DNA from: Ostreococcus lucimarinus
Taxonomy: Eukaryota
DNA: 64,000 nucleotides
Direction: 5' to 3' (one strand)
Assembly: GCA_000092065.1 (NCBI GenBank)
Contig: CP000587.1
Shown here: positions 41,915-51,793 of the stretch, piece by piece
How positions within the stretch are numbered: the stretch's first letter is position 1
Layout: every line of letters begins with the position of its first letter
Made by a program: the position numbers and the translations under genes
Notes under the pieces: model-generated
The model's database searches: none
The model's input: the letters and a program-made list of their open reading frames with translations, nothing else
Told to the model about the DNA's origin: nothing

Positions 41915-42817
41915 TCATCGCGCGCTGGCGACGCGCGAGGCGATGTCGGCGTGACATCCCGTTTGCTCTGGCGACAGCACGCGAACGCGTTCGCATCGCT
42001 CGGCGCACGAGTTGTCGTATCGACTGTCGCGCACGCCGACGCACGGGCAGTCCTCCGCCTCGCCCACGCCACCGTCTGGAGTGCGTTTGAAGCATTGGAC
42101 GACCTGGAGAAGCACGCACGATTTCGTGCACCCGAGCGCGACTTTGGACGCGCCGCCGAACGCCTGTTGCGCGTCCGCCAACGAGAGCTCCGATCCCGTC
42201 GCCTCCAGCAAAACTTCCGGCGTCCCGAGCGCCTCGGCGAGCGCAAACGTGACGTTATAGAACTCGCGTTGCGTCATCCCGCGCGTCGTTCCCTCGACGT
42301 CGATCCACGATGCGCACGTTCCGTGTTTCGCCCACTCGTGCGCGCCCAAACCGTCCCGAGTCCACGCCGGCGCGATCCTCTCCGCCGCCGCCCCGCTCGG
42401 TATCTCGCGCGCCGCGTACGTCCACTTCTCACTCGACGGGTACCACGACGGTTTGACGCAATTTTGCGGCCAGTAACACCCATCGCGCCCGTCGCTCTTC
42501 GTCGCCGTCGAGTAGCTCGGCCAGAGTCCGTGCAGCGTCAGCGCCGGTTCCGCCGCCGAGCGCGCGCACTCACCCTTCTCGCACGCTCGCGGCGCGCTCG
42601 CGCAAAACCCAGGCGTCCACGCGCGCGCGAGCTCCCACATATCGAACGCCCGTCGCGTCGCGCGCACGCCGTCGTCGCAGCCGAAGTGCGTTTTCGTCCC
42701 GACAGCGGGACAGCTCGAAGCCGACTCGACCGGCGAGGACGACGCGACGGGACGCGCGAGGACGAGCGCGATCACCAGACGAGCGAGGCGCGACTTCTGA
42801 GCGCGCGCGCGCGTCAT
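41915..42817 (-). CDS. ribonuclease T2 family (secreted/vacuolar S-like RNase)
   Basis: CAS I TLHGLWP and CAS II HEWAKHGTC with conserved Cys pattern. Signal peptide MTRARAQKSRLARLVIALVLARPVASS. Confidence 0.8.
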   Translation of the reverse strand: MTRARAQKSRLARLVIALVLARPVASSSPVESASSCPAVGTKTHFGCDDGVRATRRAFDMWELARAWTPGFCASAPRACEKGECARSAAEPALTLHGLWPSYSTATKSDGRDGCYWPQNCVKPSWYPSSEKWTYAAREIPSGAAAERIAPAWTRDGLGAHEWAKHGTCASWIDVEGTTRGMTQREFYNVTFALAEALGTPEVLLEATGSELSLADAQQAFGGASKVALGCTKSCVLLQVVQCFKRTPDGGVGEAEDCPCVGVRDSRYDNSCAERCERVRVLSPEQTGCHADIASRVASAR

Positions 42818-42957
42818 GGCGGCGCGCGCGACGGCGCGCGCGACGGGTGAAAGGCGAGGTGTGCGGCGCGACGCGCGACGGTTGGATTTCAAACGCGAGC
42901 GTCGCGACTACGAGCGAGCGACTAAATGAATGAACACTACTCGCCGGGCGTCGGCGT

Positions 42958-44169
42958 TCACACCATTGATTTCGACGATTTCCCCATCAGCCGGTGCACC
43001 GCGCTGCGACGTTGGCTCTCGCACAGCGCACCGCACACGGTCGTCGCGAAGACGCACAGACAAACCAAGCGCGGCGCGCCGGCGGACGTCGCGTCCGAGC
43101 TCTCTAATCTCGCGAGCATAAAAGCGCCCGTGATGCAGTTATACGTCGCGATGACGGTGGTAACGATGCCGATCGCGCGGTGCCACTTGCGAAAGTCCGC
43201 TCGCGGTAAAGACTTTCGAACGTACCCGGCGTACGCTTGCGCGATCGCCAACCCGACGACCATGGCGCCGTATCTCCCGTGCGCCCCCCAGGGCTTCGAC
43301 CACCCGCGCGCGGCGATGATGACGTACGCCGCGACGACGCTCAACGCTACCGCCGCGCACTGCGCCGCGCGATGGAAGCGAAACCACCAAGGATCGAATT
43401 TCCGTCCGTATCGCGCGGCGAACGACGCGCCGGGCGAAAGAATCAACCACGCGAATCCCATCAACGACCCGTGCGCTAACCGCGCGACGCCCAATCTTCG
43501 CGCGCGCGCCGTTTCCGCGCGCGCGTCCACCCCATCGTCCGTTCTCGGCGCGCGCCAGCCCCCCGCCAGCGCCGCGTCGACGCTCGGCGCGCGCGCGCCG
43601 TCGCTCGCGTTCGCCTCGCGCGCCTCGTCCAGTCGCGCGTTCGCGTCCGCGTCGACGTCTCCTCCCTGTCCGCACGCCACGTCGCGCTCGACGGCGTACC
43701 ACGTGTTATAATCCTCGACGACCGTCGCTTCGAAGCGTACCGCGTCGAACGCGTCGTCCGGCGCCATCCACGGGACCACGACGCTCGTCGTCGCGTCCGT
43801 CGAGCCGTCGTGCGTCGCGAACGCGTTCGACCCGCAGTCCGATTTCACCCGCGTCCCGCGCGGCATCGCGCGCGCGTCGAACGCCCCGAGCGCCTCCCCG
43901 CTCGCCGCGCGCGTCGCGCGCAACAGAAACCCACGAAACGGCGCGCGCGCGCGAATCTCAACCGCCACCGTCGTCCCGCGCGCGACGCGTCCGACGCGCA
44001 CGACGACGTCCTCGCGCGCGCGCGGCGTCGCGCGCGTCCCGTGCCCGACGCTCGCGTGCGCGCACGCGCCCGCGCCGCCGGAGAAGGCGCGCGCGCATCG
44101 CGCGAGGAGCGCGAGCGCGACGACGCGCGCGACGGACGCGCGCCGCATTCTGGCGCGCGGCGCGCGCAT
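42958..44169 (-). CDS. reeler-domain plus cytochrome b561/ferric-reductase-like transmembrane protein (FRRS1/SDR2-like)
   Basis: Signal peptide. Reeler-like block (FRGFLLRA...DCGSNAFATHDGS...VVVPWMAP...FEATVVEDYNTWY). Then 4-5 TM helices with paired His (FRFHRAAQ, GAHGRYG, KWHRAIG). Confidence 0.55.
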   Translation of the reverse strand: MRAPRARMRRASVARVVALALLARCARAFSGGAGACAHASVGHGTRATPRAREDVVVRVGRVARGTTVAVEIRARAPFRGFLLRATRAASGEALGAFDARAMPRGTRVKSDCGSNAFATHDGSTDATTSVVVPWMAPDDAFDAVRFEATVVEDYNTWYAVERDVACGQGGDVDADANARLDEAREANASDGARAPSVDAALAGGWRAPRTDDGVDARAETARARRLGVARLAHGSLMGFAWLILSPGASFAARYGRKFDPWWFRFHRAAQCAAVALSVVAAYVIIAARGWSKPWGAHGRYGAMVVGLAIAQAYAGYVRKSLPRADFRKWHRAIGIVTTVIATYNCITGAFMLARLESSDATSAGAPRLVCLCVFATTVCGALCESQRRSAVHRLMGKSSKSMV

Positions 44170-44241
44170 GGGCGCGCGCGCGTCGCGCGAGGGCGCGCCG
44201 CGCGACAACGGCGCGCTCGACGACGACGGCTTCGTCACGGT

Positions 44242-44282
<41 letters not shown>

Positions 44283-44618
44283 ATTTCGCACTCGCATTCG
44301 TTCGCGTTCGACGCGTTTCGCGCGCGCGTTTCGCGCGTTTCGCGCGCGCGACTGACGCCGCGAGCGCGTCGCGTCGCAGGTGGCATCGCGCGACGCCGCC
44401 GCGCGCGAGCGCGACGCCCTCGACGCCGCGCATCGCGCCGCGGACGCCGCCATCGACGCGCTCGCGGACGCGCAGCCGTACTGCGACGACCCCGAGGTCG
44501 CCGCGACGCTCGCGCGCGCCGCCGCGCTCGACGCCGCGGACGCCGCGCGCGACGCGAGCGACGCGAGCGATGCGGCGCGCGACGCGAGCGACCCGCGATA
44601 GCGCCGTGTGAACGAACG

Positions 44619-44680
44619 AACGAACGAACGAACGAACGAACGAACGAACGAAAAAACGAAAAAACGAACGAACGACACGG
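44619..44680. repeat. (gaacgaac)n / (cgaa)n microsatellite with an A-rich tail
   Basis: cgaacgaacgaacgaacgaacgaacgaacgaacgaaaaaacgaaaaaacgaacgaacga, in the intergenic region between divergent genes. Confidence 0.8.
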
Positions 44681-44693
44681 CGCGGTCCGCACA

Positions 44694-45101
44694 ATGACGC
44701 GCGCGCCCGTTCCGTGCGACGCCTGCGCGCACGGCGTCGCGCGCCTGTACTGCGCCGCGGACGACGCGAAATTGTGCCTGCGATGCGATCGAACGGTGCG
44801 CGACGCGCGAACGCGAACGCGATTTTCGACACGCCGCCGGAAAGCGGGCGAGGGCACTTTACGCGGGAACGACGCGCGGCGCGCGCGCGCGCGCGACGAG
44901 GACGCGCGCGGGGGCGGGATTTCGGTGACGCGTATTTTGTGCCACCGTCGCGACGCGTCGAGGAGGTCGACGACGCGCGTCCGCGGGATCGCGCGACGAC
45001 GTTCGTCGCGGAGGCGTTCGTTACGAATGCGTGAATTGTCGACGACTGACGACGACGACGACGACGCGATGGACGCGCGAGCAGGTGCACAACGCGAATA
45101 A
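44694..45101 (+). CDS. CONSTANS-like B-box zinc finger, 5' exon(s) (boundaries unresolved)
   Basis: B-box CDACAHGVARLYCAADDAKLCLRCD at the N-terminus. The remainder of the ORF is low-complexity and probably intronic after an unresolved donor. Confidence 0.45.
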   Translation: MTRAPVPCDACAHGVARLYCAADDAKLCLRCDRTVRDARTRTRFSTRRRKAGEGTLRGNDARRARARDEDARGGGISVTRILCHRRDASRRSTTRVRGIARRRSSRRRSLRMRELSTTDDDDDDAMDARAGAQRE

Positions 45102-45386
45102 ATTCGCGGAAAAACACTCGAGGCGTTGGTTGTGCGAGATGTGCGCGCACGCGTGCGCAGAGGTGCGAGAGAGGCGAGGCGAGGCGAATTCGAACGGCGG
45201 TTGAGTAGTTAGGGCTCGGACGAGGACGCGGCGAGACGCGAGAAGGCGAGGGCGAAGGCGCGCGCGCGAACGGGGACGCGATGGGGCGTTTCGAACTCGC
45301 GAGAGACGATGTGCGAGGATGTGGTGTCGACGAGAGACTGACGAAACGTTCACGTCGCGCGACGACGATCGGCGGAAACGTAGGTT

Positions 45387-46406
45387 ATGCGCGAAAACGA
45401 AGACGGCGTCACGGGGACGACGACGTGCGAGGCGTGCGATCGAGCGCACGGTTCGGGACGCGCGGTGGCGCTCAGAGCGTTTCACGAATGTGCGATGTCG
45501 GATGAGGCGTATCGCGCGGTCGGGAAAGGGATGAAGCAGACGCGGCGGGGGAGGCCGTCGAATAAGAGCAAGTCGGAGGTTCAAGCGCTCGACGCCGAGG
45601 TGTCTGATGAAACGTTTTGGAGCCTGGTGAAAAAGTCGCAAATTCGTCCGAGCGAAGAGCCCTCGTTCGATCGAGTGGACCTTTTTAGCGGCGACGACGG
45701 TCGGGGTCAAATGACGAGCGATGATAAGGACGATGAAGCGTTCATCGACGGTTTGATTCGCATGCCGTCGTTTACGATGCTCGACGCGGAGATGAACGTG
45801 CGAGTGGACGGTTCGGCGGCGAATTTCGGGACGCCGTCGCCCGCAGAAAGCTCGGGCGCACCGGTGCGACAGGCGTATAACAGTATTTTCGAATCGAGTC
45901 AGGCTACGGGGCAAATGTCGCGCGCCCGTGCGACGTCTCAATCGGACAGCGCCGCCGACGGCATCGATTCCATGTTCATGCCGGGGGGCGTGAGATCGAG
46001 CAACGAGCACGTAGAAGAGCTTTTGGCGCCGCGAGTGGATGGCGAAAGAAACATGTTCTACGACATCGACGCCGCGGGACAGTGGCGAATGAAGAAACCT
46101 AAGAAGAGTGGGCGTCCCAAGAAGATGTCCGCCGCCCGCAACGCGCGCAAACCCGCGGCGACGAATTCGTCGGCGGCGTACGCCGCGAACGCGCCAGATC
46201 ATTCTGCCAAACTCCCGGGCGGTGCATCTCGTCAACAAGTGCTCGATCGGTACCACGAGAAGCGTAAGGCTCGCACATACGGTAAAACAATCCACTACGA
46301 GGCGAGAAAAGTCCGCGCCGAAACGCGCGTTCGAGTCGGTGGTCGATTCGCCAAAGCGGAAGACAGATCTTGCGACGTCTCAATCAAGGGTGCCGTACCC
46401 GCGTGA
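45387..46406 (+). CDS. CONSTANS-like protein, 3' exon with CCT domain
   Basis: CCT motif RQQVLDRYHEKRKARTYGKTIHYEARKVRAETRVRVGGRFAK near the C-terminus. A Cys/His cluster (CEACDRAH...FHEC) lies at the ORF start. Most likely the same gene as the 44694 B-box. Confidence 0.55.
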   Translation: MRENEDGVTGTTTCEACDRAHGSGRAVALRAFHECAMSDEAYRAVGKGMKQTRRGRPSNKSKSEVQALDAEVSDETFWSLVKKSQIRPSEEPSFDRVDLFSGDDGRGQMTSDDKDDEAFIDGLIRMPSFTMLDAEMNVRVDGSAANFGTPSPAESSGAPVRQAYNSIFESSQATGQMSRARATSQSDSAADGIDSMFMPGGVRSSNEHVEELLAPRVDGERNMFYDIDAAGQWRMKKPKKSGRPKKMSAARNARKPAATNSSAAYAANAPDHSAKLPGGASRQQVLDRYHEKRKARTYGKTIHYEARKVRAETRVRVGGRFAKAEDRSCDVSIKGAVPA

Positions 46407-46727
46407 AGACAACAAAACACTCACCCGCACTGACACATTCACAGCACTTATCCGTGCACCGATTCTTTTTTCAACCCATCTTGGATAACTCCAAACTCGG
46501 GCCTTTTCCAATATTTTTAGAGCGACGTCGACCGCGGCTCCGCCGCGTCTCGGCGCCACGCTCCCGTGTACATTTTCTCTATTCGATTCTATTCGCTCGC
46601 GTCTCCTGTACTTCAGATGATTTTTTAACATAACAAACATTTTTTCATACCCTCAATCGCGCCTTCCGCGCCCTCCTCCGTCGTCGCGCGTCCGCGTCCC
46701 GCCTCGCGCTCGACGTCGCGCGCGCGC

Positions 46728-47060
46728 TCACGCGACCCCTCCCCCCCCCCCGCACCCCTTCTCGCCCTCGCCGTCCCTCGAGATCGTCACGTCCCGATGC
46801 GCCGCGTCCACGGTCATCCGAAACGCCCCCTCATCGCCCTCTCGCACCGCTTGCACGACGTGCGTCCGCACGAACGTCGCCGCCTCCACCGCCGCCGCGA
46901 TCTTCATCTTCGCGTCGTTCGCGTCGACGTCGCGCGCGCGCTCGAACTGCGTTCGTATCTCGCGGTGCGCCGCGTCGAGCGCGCGCGCGTCGCCCGCGAA
47001 CGCCTTGGCGCGCGCGCGCATCAGCGCGCGGTACGCACCGACCGCGCTCGGCGTCGCCAT
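46728..47060 (-). CDS. LYR-motif (Complex1_LYR-like) small mitochondrial protein
   Basis: MATPSAVGAYRALMRARAKAFAGD with L-Y-R spacing, then a helical ~100-aa body. Start at MATPSAV (47060). Confidence 0.4.
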   Translation of the reverse strand: MATPSAVGAYRALMRARAKAFAGDARALDAAHREIRTQFERARDVDANDAKMKIAAAVEAATFVRTHVVQAVREGDEGAFRMTVDAAHRDVTISRDGEGEKGCGGGGGVA

Positions 47061-47455
47061 CGTGTGCGGCGCTCTTTGCGTCGCGACGAAGCGCGGCGAC
47101 GCGAAGCGACGTTTCTCGGACGCGCCGCGATCGATCCACACCGCGACAAAGAGACGCGATCGATCGCATTCGACGACGACGACGCGGACAATTTTGTGTC
47201 CGAGGATTCAGCGGTGCGCCCGTCGCGCGCGCGCGCGGCGACGCGACGCGCGCGCGGCGACGCGACGCGCGCGGCGAGGGCGACGAAGACGAAGACGCGA
47301 ACGAGGGCGCGAACGACGCGCGCGGCGAGCGACGCGCGCGCGAATACGGCGAACGCGCGCCGCGCGGTCGAGCGCGGCGAGCGCTATTGCGCGCGCGGTC
47401 GGAAGACGTCGGACTGACGCGCGAACGCGGCGCGCGCGCGCAGAGGAAGAGGGAG

Positions 47456-48661
47456 ATGGAAGGCATGGGCGACGAGGCGGAACGAGGCGCGAACGCGGCG
47501 ACGATCGAGCCGGCGCGCGAGGCGCGGGCGAAGAAACGGATCTTGTTGCTGCTGAGCGGCGCCCAAATGCAAGACGTCAAGATGGTGGAATTCGCGCGAG
47601 CGTTCGCGCTTGAACCGAACGATGACGTGTGGTGCGTGCATTACTCGAGAGGCGCGACGCGCTACGCGAGCGCGATGTACGGACCGGGACGCGTCGCGGG
47701 GTCGTACAAAGCGGACGAGGATTCGGTGACGGAGCGGTTGGGGGTGCGCGTCGTGCCGCTGCGACGAGACGACGCCGAGGGCGCGGAATCGGAACGCGAG
47801 TCTTCGTGGTTGCCAGAGTACGTTCGAGCGGAACTGCTCGATCGGCGGTTGAGCGGGAAATCGTTCGTGCAGGCTGTGGAGATTTCGGGATCGAGCGGCA
47901 AGTTTTCGGTCGAAGAGGCCGTGCAGGCCATCGTCGACGGCGAGTTCGCGAGCGCCGAGAACGATAATTGGGTGTGCATTCCGAAGCCCGATCTCATCGT
48001 CATGGGATGCCGCGGACACGGTCTCGTCCGGCGTGCGCTGCTCGGAAGCGTGACACAAAATGTTTTGAACCGCATCCCGGTGTCCACGCTCTTTTTTCGA
48101 TCGTCTCTACCGAAGATTGTCGGAGCGAGCGATTTAGTCAAGCAAAAACTCGGAGGCGTCGATCAACGCGTGGTGTGCATTTGCATGAGCGGCTCCAATT
48201 CCAGTCGGCGACTGTGCGAATACTTCGTAAAGGAGCACATACGGTCCACCGACGTCGTTCTCTTGTTACACTGTCTCGCAGAGTCGCAACGCAAGCAAAA
48301 GGATCTGAGCGAGGCGGATGTCGAAGAGAATCTCTCTCGATCGTACGACCTCGTCCAAAATTTTCAAAAGGAGCACCCTGGCCACGGACGCGTCATTCGC
48401 ATGGTTTTACAGAAGGAGACGGGAAGTGCGTCGGACATACGCGATCGCACGATCGACTTTTTGAACATGACTGATGTGAACCTTGCCGTCGTCGGTCGAG
48501 CGATTTCGTCCGGGCACTTGCGATCGCGCTTTATGTCGCCGTACCCTCAGTATTGCGTCACGCACGCGCCGTGCCCAGTTTTGGTGTGGAATCCACCTCC
48601 CTCGTACATTCGCTCGCAGTCGCAAACATCCGCCGCGGAAAAATCCACCGTCGCGGCGTGA
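47456..48661 (+). CDS. tandem universal stress protein (UspA) domain protein
   Basis: Two USP-like cores ending IVMGCRGHGLVRRALLGSVTQNVLNRIPVSTLFF and LAVVGRAISSGHL...YCVTHAPCPVLVW. Confidence 0.7.
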   Translation: MEGMGDEAERGANAATIEPAREARAKKRILLLLSGAQMQDVKMVEFARAFALEPNDDVWCVHYSRGATRYASAMYGPGRVAGSYKADEDSVTERLGVRVVPLRRDDAEGAESERESSWLPEYVRAELLDRRLSGKSFVQAVEISGSSGKFSVEEAVQAIVDGEFASAENDNWVCIPKPDLIVMGCRGHGLVRRALLGSVTQNVLNRIPVSTLFFRSSLPKIVGASDLVKQKLGGVDQRVVCICMSGSNSSRRLCEYFVKEHIRSTDVVLLLHCLAESQRKQKDLSEADVEENLSRSYDLVQNFQKEHPGHGRVIRMVLQKETGSASDIRDRTIDFLNMTDVNLAVVGRAISSGHLRSRFMSPYPQYCVTHAPCPVLVWNPPPSYIRSQSQTSAAEKSTVAA

Positions 48662-48832
48662 TCGCCGGCGCAAAAAACACCGATGCACGATGTTTCAATG
48701 TCATTCAACTTTAGGCGTGATCGCCGGCGCAAAAAACACCGATGCACGACTTTTCAATGCCATTCAACTTTAGGCGTGATCGCCGGCGCAAAAAACACCG
48801 ATGCACGACTTTTCAATTCCATTCAACTTTAC
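48656..48832. repeat. 59-bp tandem repeat x3 (minisatellite) starting inside or at the USP gene stop codon
   Basis: Unit gcgtgatcgccggcgcaaaaaacaccgatgcacga(t/c)(g/t)tttcaat(g/t)(t/c)cattcaactttagg. Three copies at period 59 with 2-4 mismatches. Three staggered ORFs all begin MHD(V/F)SM.FNF. Confidence 0.85.
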
Positions 48833-48845
48833 TACAACCGCTACG

Positions 48846-49940
48846 CTACATCTTCACGCGCTTCGACGCCGGCTCGTCGTCATCCCTCAGCTTGATGCGC
48901 ACGCCCGCTTCGTTCGTGATGAAGAACAAATGAACGCGTTCTTCGCCCTCTTCGCCCTTGGCGCTTTCGCGCAACTCGTCAAAGGGAAATTCCGCGCCGA
49001 CGAGCTCGTATTCCCCTCCGGACGGACCGAACGCGACATCCTTCATCGGCGTCGTCGCAAACTCGCTCGAAGCGATCGTGCGCGTCGTCATCTCCGTCGC
49101 CGCCTCGTTCGCGACGCAACTCTCGTCGTCTCCGAGCGTCGCCGCCAGCGACTCGTCCAGGCGCTCGACGCCGACGGGCACGTGATCGAACCAAATATTC
49201 GCCAGCAGCGTCACTCGCGCCGCCGACGCGTCGACGTCCCCGCTCGCGAATTCATCGAACACGCCGTGCAAAAACCGTCCGTCGAACTTGAAGTGCGCGC
49301 CCGCCTTCGGTATCATCACCGCCGCGCGTTCGCACCGCGCGCCCGCCTCGTCCCTCGCCTCCGCGTCCGGCCTTCCTCGCGCCGTCAGCCCCTCGAACAC
49401 CACCGTCGGCGCCACGCGCGCGCTCTCCTCGACCTCCACGTACGTCACCGTCGACACGTGCGGCGTCACGCACACGCCCGCGATCTCCCGCGCGCGTTCG
49501 TCCTTGTCCCAGTGCGCCGCCGTCGCTCGCGTCCGCGCCCAAAACTCCACCCCCGACCGCGCGTCGTCTCGCGTCACCCCTCGCGCGTGCGCGTCGTACA
49601 CCGATTTCACGAATCGCTCCAGCGCGCACCGCGGCGCGTCGCGCGCGCCGAGCCACAGCGTTCCGAGCGCGTCGATCTTCCGACACGAATCGGCGAGTCG
49701 CGCGCGATGCGCCGCCGTGCGCGCGAACGCGTCGCGCGCGCGCGTCGCGAAGTACGCGCCCTCGTCGCCGTCGATCGCGGCGCCGTGCACGCGCCCGCGC
49801 GCGTCGAGGACGACGCAGAAGGCGTCGTCGTCGTCGTCGTCGCGCGGCATCGTGACGCGGCGGCGGCGGCACTGCGCGACGACGCCTCGGACGCCTCGCA
49901 CGCGACTCGCACGCGCGCGCGCCTCGGACGCGCGTCGCAC
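48846..49940 (-). CDS. hypothetical protein, possibly 2OG-Fe(II) oxygenase/cupin-like
   Basis: Possible H-x-D...H triad (AAHWDKD ... DGRFLHGV). Acidic C-terminus. Assignment speculative. Confidence 0.3.
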   Translation of the reverse strand: MRRASEARARASRVRGVRGVVAQCRRRRVTMPRDDDDDDAFCVVLDARGRVHGAAIDGDEGAYFATRARDAFARTAAHRARLADSCRKIDALGTLWLGARDAPRCALERFVKSVYDAHARGVTRDDARSGVEFWARTRATAAHWDKDERAREIAGVCVTPHVSTVTYVEVEESARVAPTVVFEGLTARGRPDAEARDEAGARCERAAVMIPKAGAHFKFDGRFLHGVFDEFASGDVDASAARVTLLANIWFDHVPVGVERLDESLAATLGDDESCVANEAATEMTTRTIASSEFATTPMKDVAFGPSGGEYELVGAEFPFDELRESAKGEEGEERVHLFFITNEAGVRIKLRDDDEPASKRVKM

Positions 49941-50011
49941 GTTCGCGCGCGTCGCGCGCGTCGCGCCGGCGCCTCGCGCGCGTCGCGCGCGCGACGCGCG
50001 CCTCGGTCGAC

Positions 50012-51772
50012 ATGGCGGCGGCGGCGCGCGCGATCGGTCTCGCGTCGCGCGCGACGCGATGCGAGCGACGCGGCGACGGCGCGGGCGCGACGGCGTCGAC
50101 GCGAACGGCGCGGACGCGCGCGCGCGACGCGCGGGCGCGCGCGAGGGCGACGCGCGCGACGAGCGGGAGCGGAGGAGGGAAGGGACGAGGCGGGGACATT
50201 CAACGCATGCTGGCGAACGCGGACTCCGCGGAGGCGGCGCTGAGAGTCGTGGAGAGCGACTTGGACGCGTTCGATGCGGTGCACGCGGCGACGGCGCTGC
50301 ACCGAGTGGCGAAGTTCTCGGCGCCGGAGTCGAGACTGGAGCGGGACTTTTCGCGCGCGGAGGGATTGACGAACGACGGAAGGTTTAGAGCGTTGGCGGC
50401 GAGCGTGGCGACGCGCGTGGATGAGTTTGACGCGTTTGGATTGGCGAACGTGGCTTGGAGCTTCGCGAAGATTGGATACACGCCGAGTCAAGAGACGCTG
50501 GGGGCGCTCGCGGCGCGGTTGGAACGCGAAGTGTCCAAGCAAGGGGCGAGGCTGAAACCGCAGTCGTTGAGCAACGCGACGTACGCGTTCGGGCGAATGC
50601 GGTTCAAACCGCCGAGATCGACGCTCGAAGCGCTGTGTGCGGCGACGACGAGAGAGATGGGCGAGTTCAGGGCGGACGAACTTTCGGGAATGCTGCTCGG
50701 ATTGGCGCATTTGGATCACGTTCCCGACGCGGCGTTCTTGAAAGCGTCGACGGATTTCATCGCGAAGAATTTGCGTAGATTCGATGATGCGGCATCGTGT
50801 AACGTGCTTTGGGCGTTCGCACGAATGGACAAAGCGCTACCGCGCGATGTCATCGACGCTTTGCTCATACAGCTCGCGTCGCAGAACTTGGGAGGCGCGA
50901 ACAGCCACGTCAACGTGCCCATGTGCATGTACGCGTGCGCTCGACTGAGTCACCAGCCTTCGCCCGCTTTCGTCAAGGCTATCGACGCAGAGATTCCGCG
51001 ATGCGCTCGAAGAATGAATATTGGGTCGCTCGATTCGATGTTTTGGGCGCTAGGTACCTTGGGTGGTGCCGGCGAAGGTCAGCTCGAGCTCAGCGCCGAA
51101 TCGTACGAAGCTTTGTGCGCCGCCGTCACCGTCAAACGCGACATCGACGCCGAGCTCGTGTCCAAAGTATTCTGGGCGCTCGCAAAAGTGAATTTTCGCC
51201 CCTCCGACTCCACTCTCGTCGCTCTTGGCCGAATGGCGAAGTCGCGTGGGAAGGAGCTTGAGGATGAAAACGTCCTTCTCATCATGCACGCGTGGGGCGT
51301 GTTGCGCTGGAATCCTGGCGACGACGTCGTCGAAGAGTACGTCGGGCGCTTCGTAGATGATGAAACACAACGATTGAACGCTGGACAAGCGGCGAAGTTA
51401 TTGTGCGCGTACGGTCGAGTGCGATGGCTACCGCCCGCCGCACACGCAGACGCGCTCCTGGCGCTACTTATGCAAGAGGCGGCGGGCGGAAACTTGCATC
51501 CGGCCACGGCAGTTCTCGGTTTGTGGGGCGCATCCTTACTCGGATTAAAGCTCGAAACATCACAGCTCGATGTTTTGGCGCAAAACACAATCACACAGAA
51601 GCTTTCGCCGCGATCGCTCGCCAAGTGCGTGTGGTCGCTCGCCGCCTTGGGATACGATCCCACGCCGGTGGATTTGGCCGACCTCAAGCGCGCGACGGAC
51701 GAGGCCTGGGGCAAGCTTCCAATAAAAGATCAAACCGCGTTAAAACAAGCGATGACTCGACTGGGAGCCTAA
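50012..51772 (+). CDS. octotricopeptide-repeat (OPR)/FAST-kinase-like helical-repeat protein, predicted organelle-targeted RNA-binding factor
   Basis: At least 8 degenerate ~38-aa repeats with conserved aromatic-Ala-hydrophobic-Ala core (NVAWSFAKIGYTP, NATYAFGRMRFKPP, NVLWAFARMDKALP, KVFWALAKVNFRPS, KCVWSLAALGYDPT). R/A/T/S-rich presequence. Confidence 0.6.
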   Translation: MAAAARAIGLASRATRCERRGDGAGATASTRTARTRARDARARARATRATSGSGGGKGRGGDIQRMLANADSAEAALRVVESDLDAFDAVHAATALHRVAKFSAPESRLERDFSRAEGLTNDGRFRALAASVATRVDEFDAFGLANVAWSFAKIGYTPSQETLGALAARLEREVSKQGARLKPQSLSNATYAFGRMRFKPPRSTLEALCAATTREMGEFRADELSGMLLGLAHLDHVPDAAFLKASTDFIAKNLRRFDDAASCNVLWAFARMDKALPRDVIDALLIQLASQNLGGANSHVNVPMCMYACARLSHQPSPAFVKAIDAEIPRCARRMNIGSLDSMFWALGTLGGAGEGQLELSAESYEALCAAVTVKRDIDAELVSKVFWALAKVNFRPSDSTLVALGRMAKSRGKELEDENVLLIMHAWGVLRWNPGDDVVEEYVGRFVDDETQRLNAGQAAKLLCAYGRVRWLPPAAHADALLALLMQEAAGGNLHPATAVLGLWGASLLGLKLETSQLDVLAQNTITQKLSPRSLAKCVWSLAALGYDPTPVDLADLKRATDEAWGKLPIKDQTALKQAMTRLGA

Positions 51773-51793
51773 ACAATTGTTGTATTTTTTACA

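Noticed and set aside
48656-48838. 59-bp repeats as a CRISPR-like array
   Set aside because: Eukaryotic context. The three units are directly adjacent with no spacers. This is a minisatellite.
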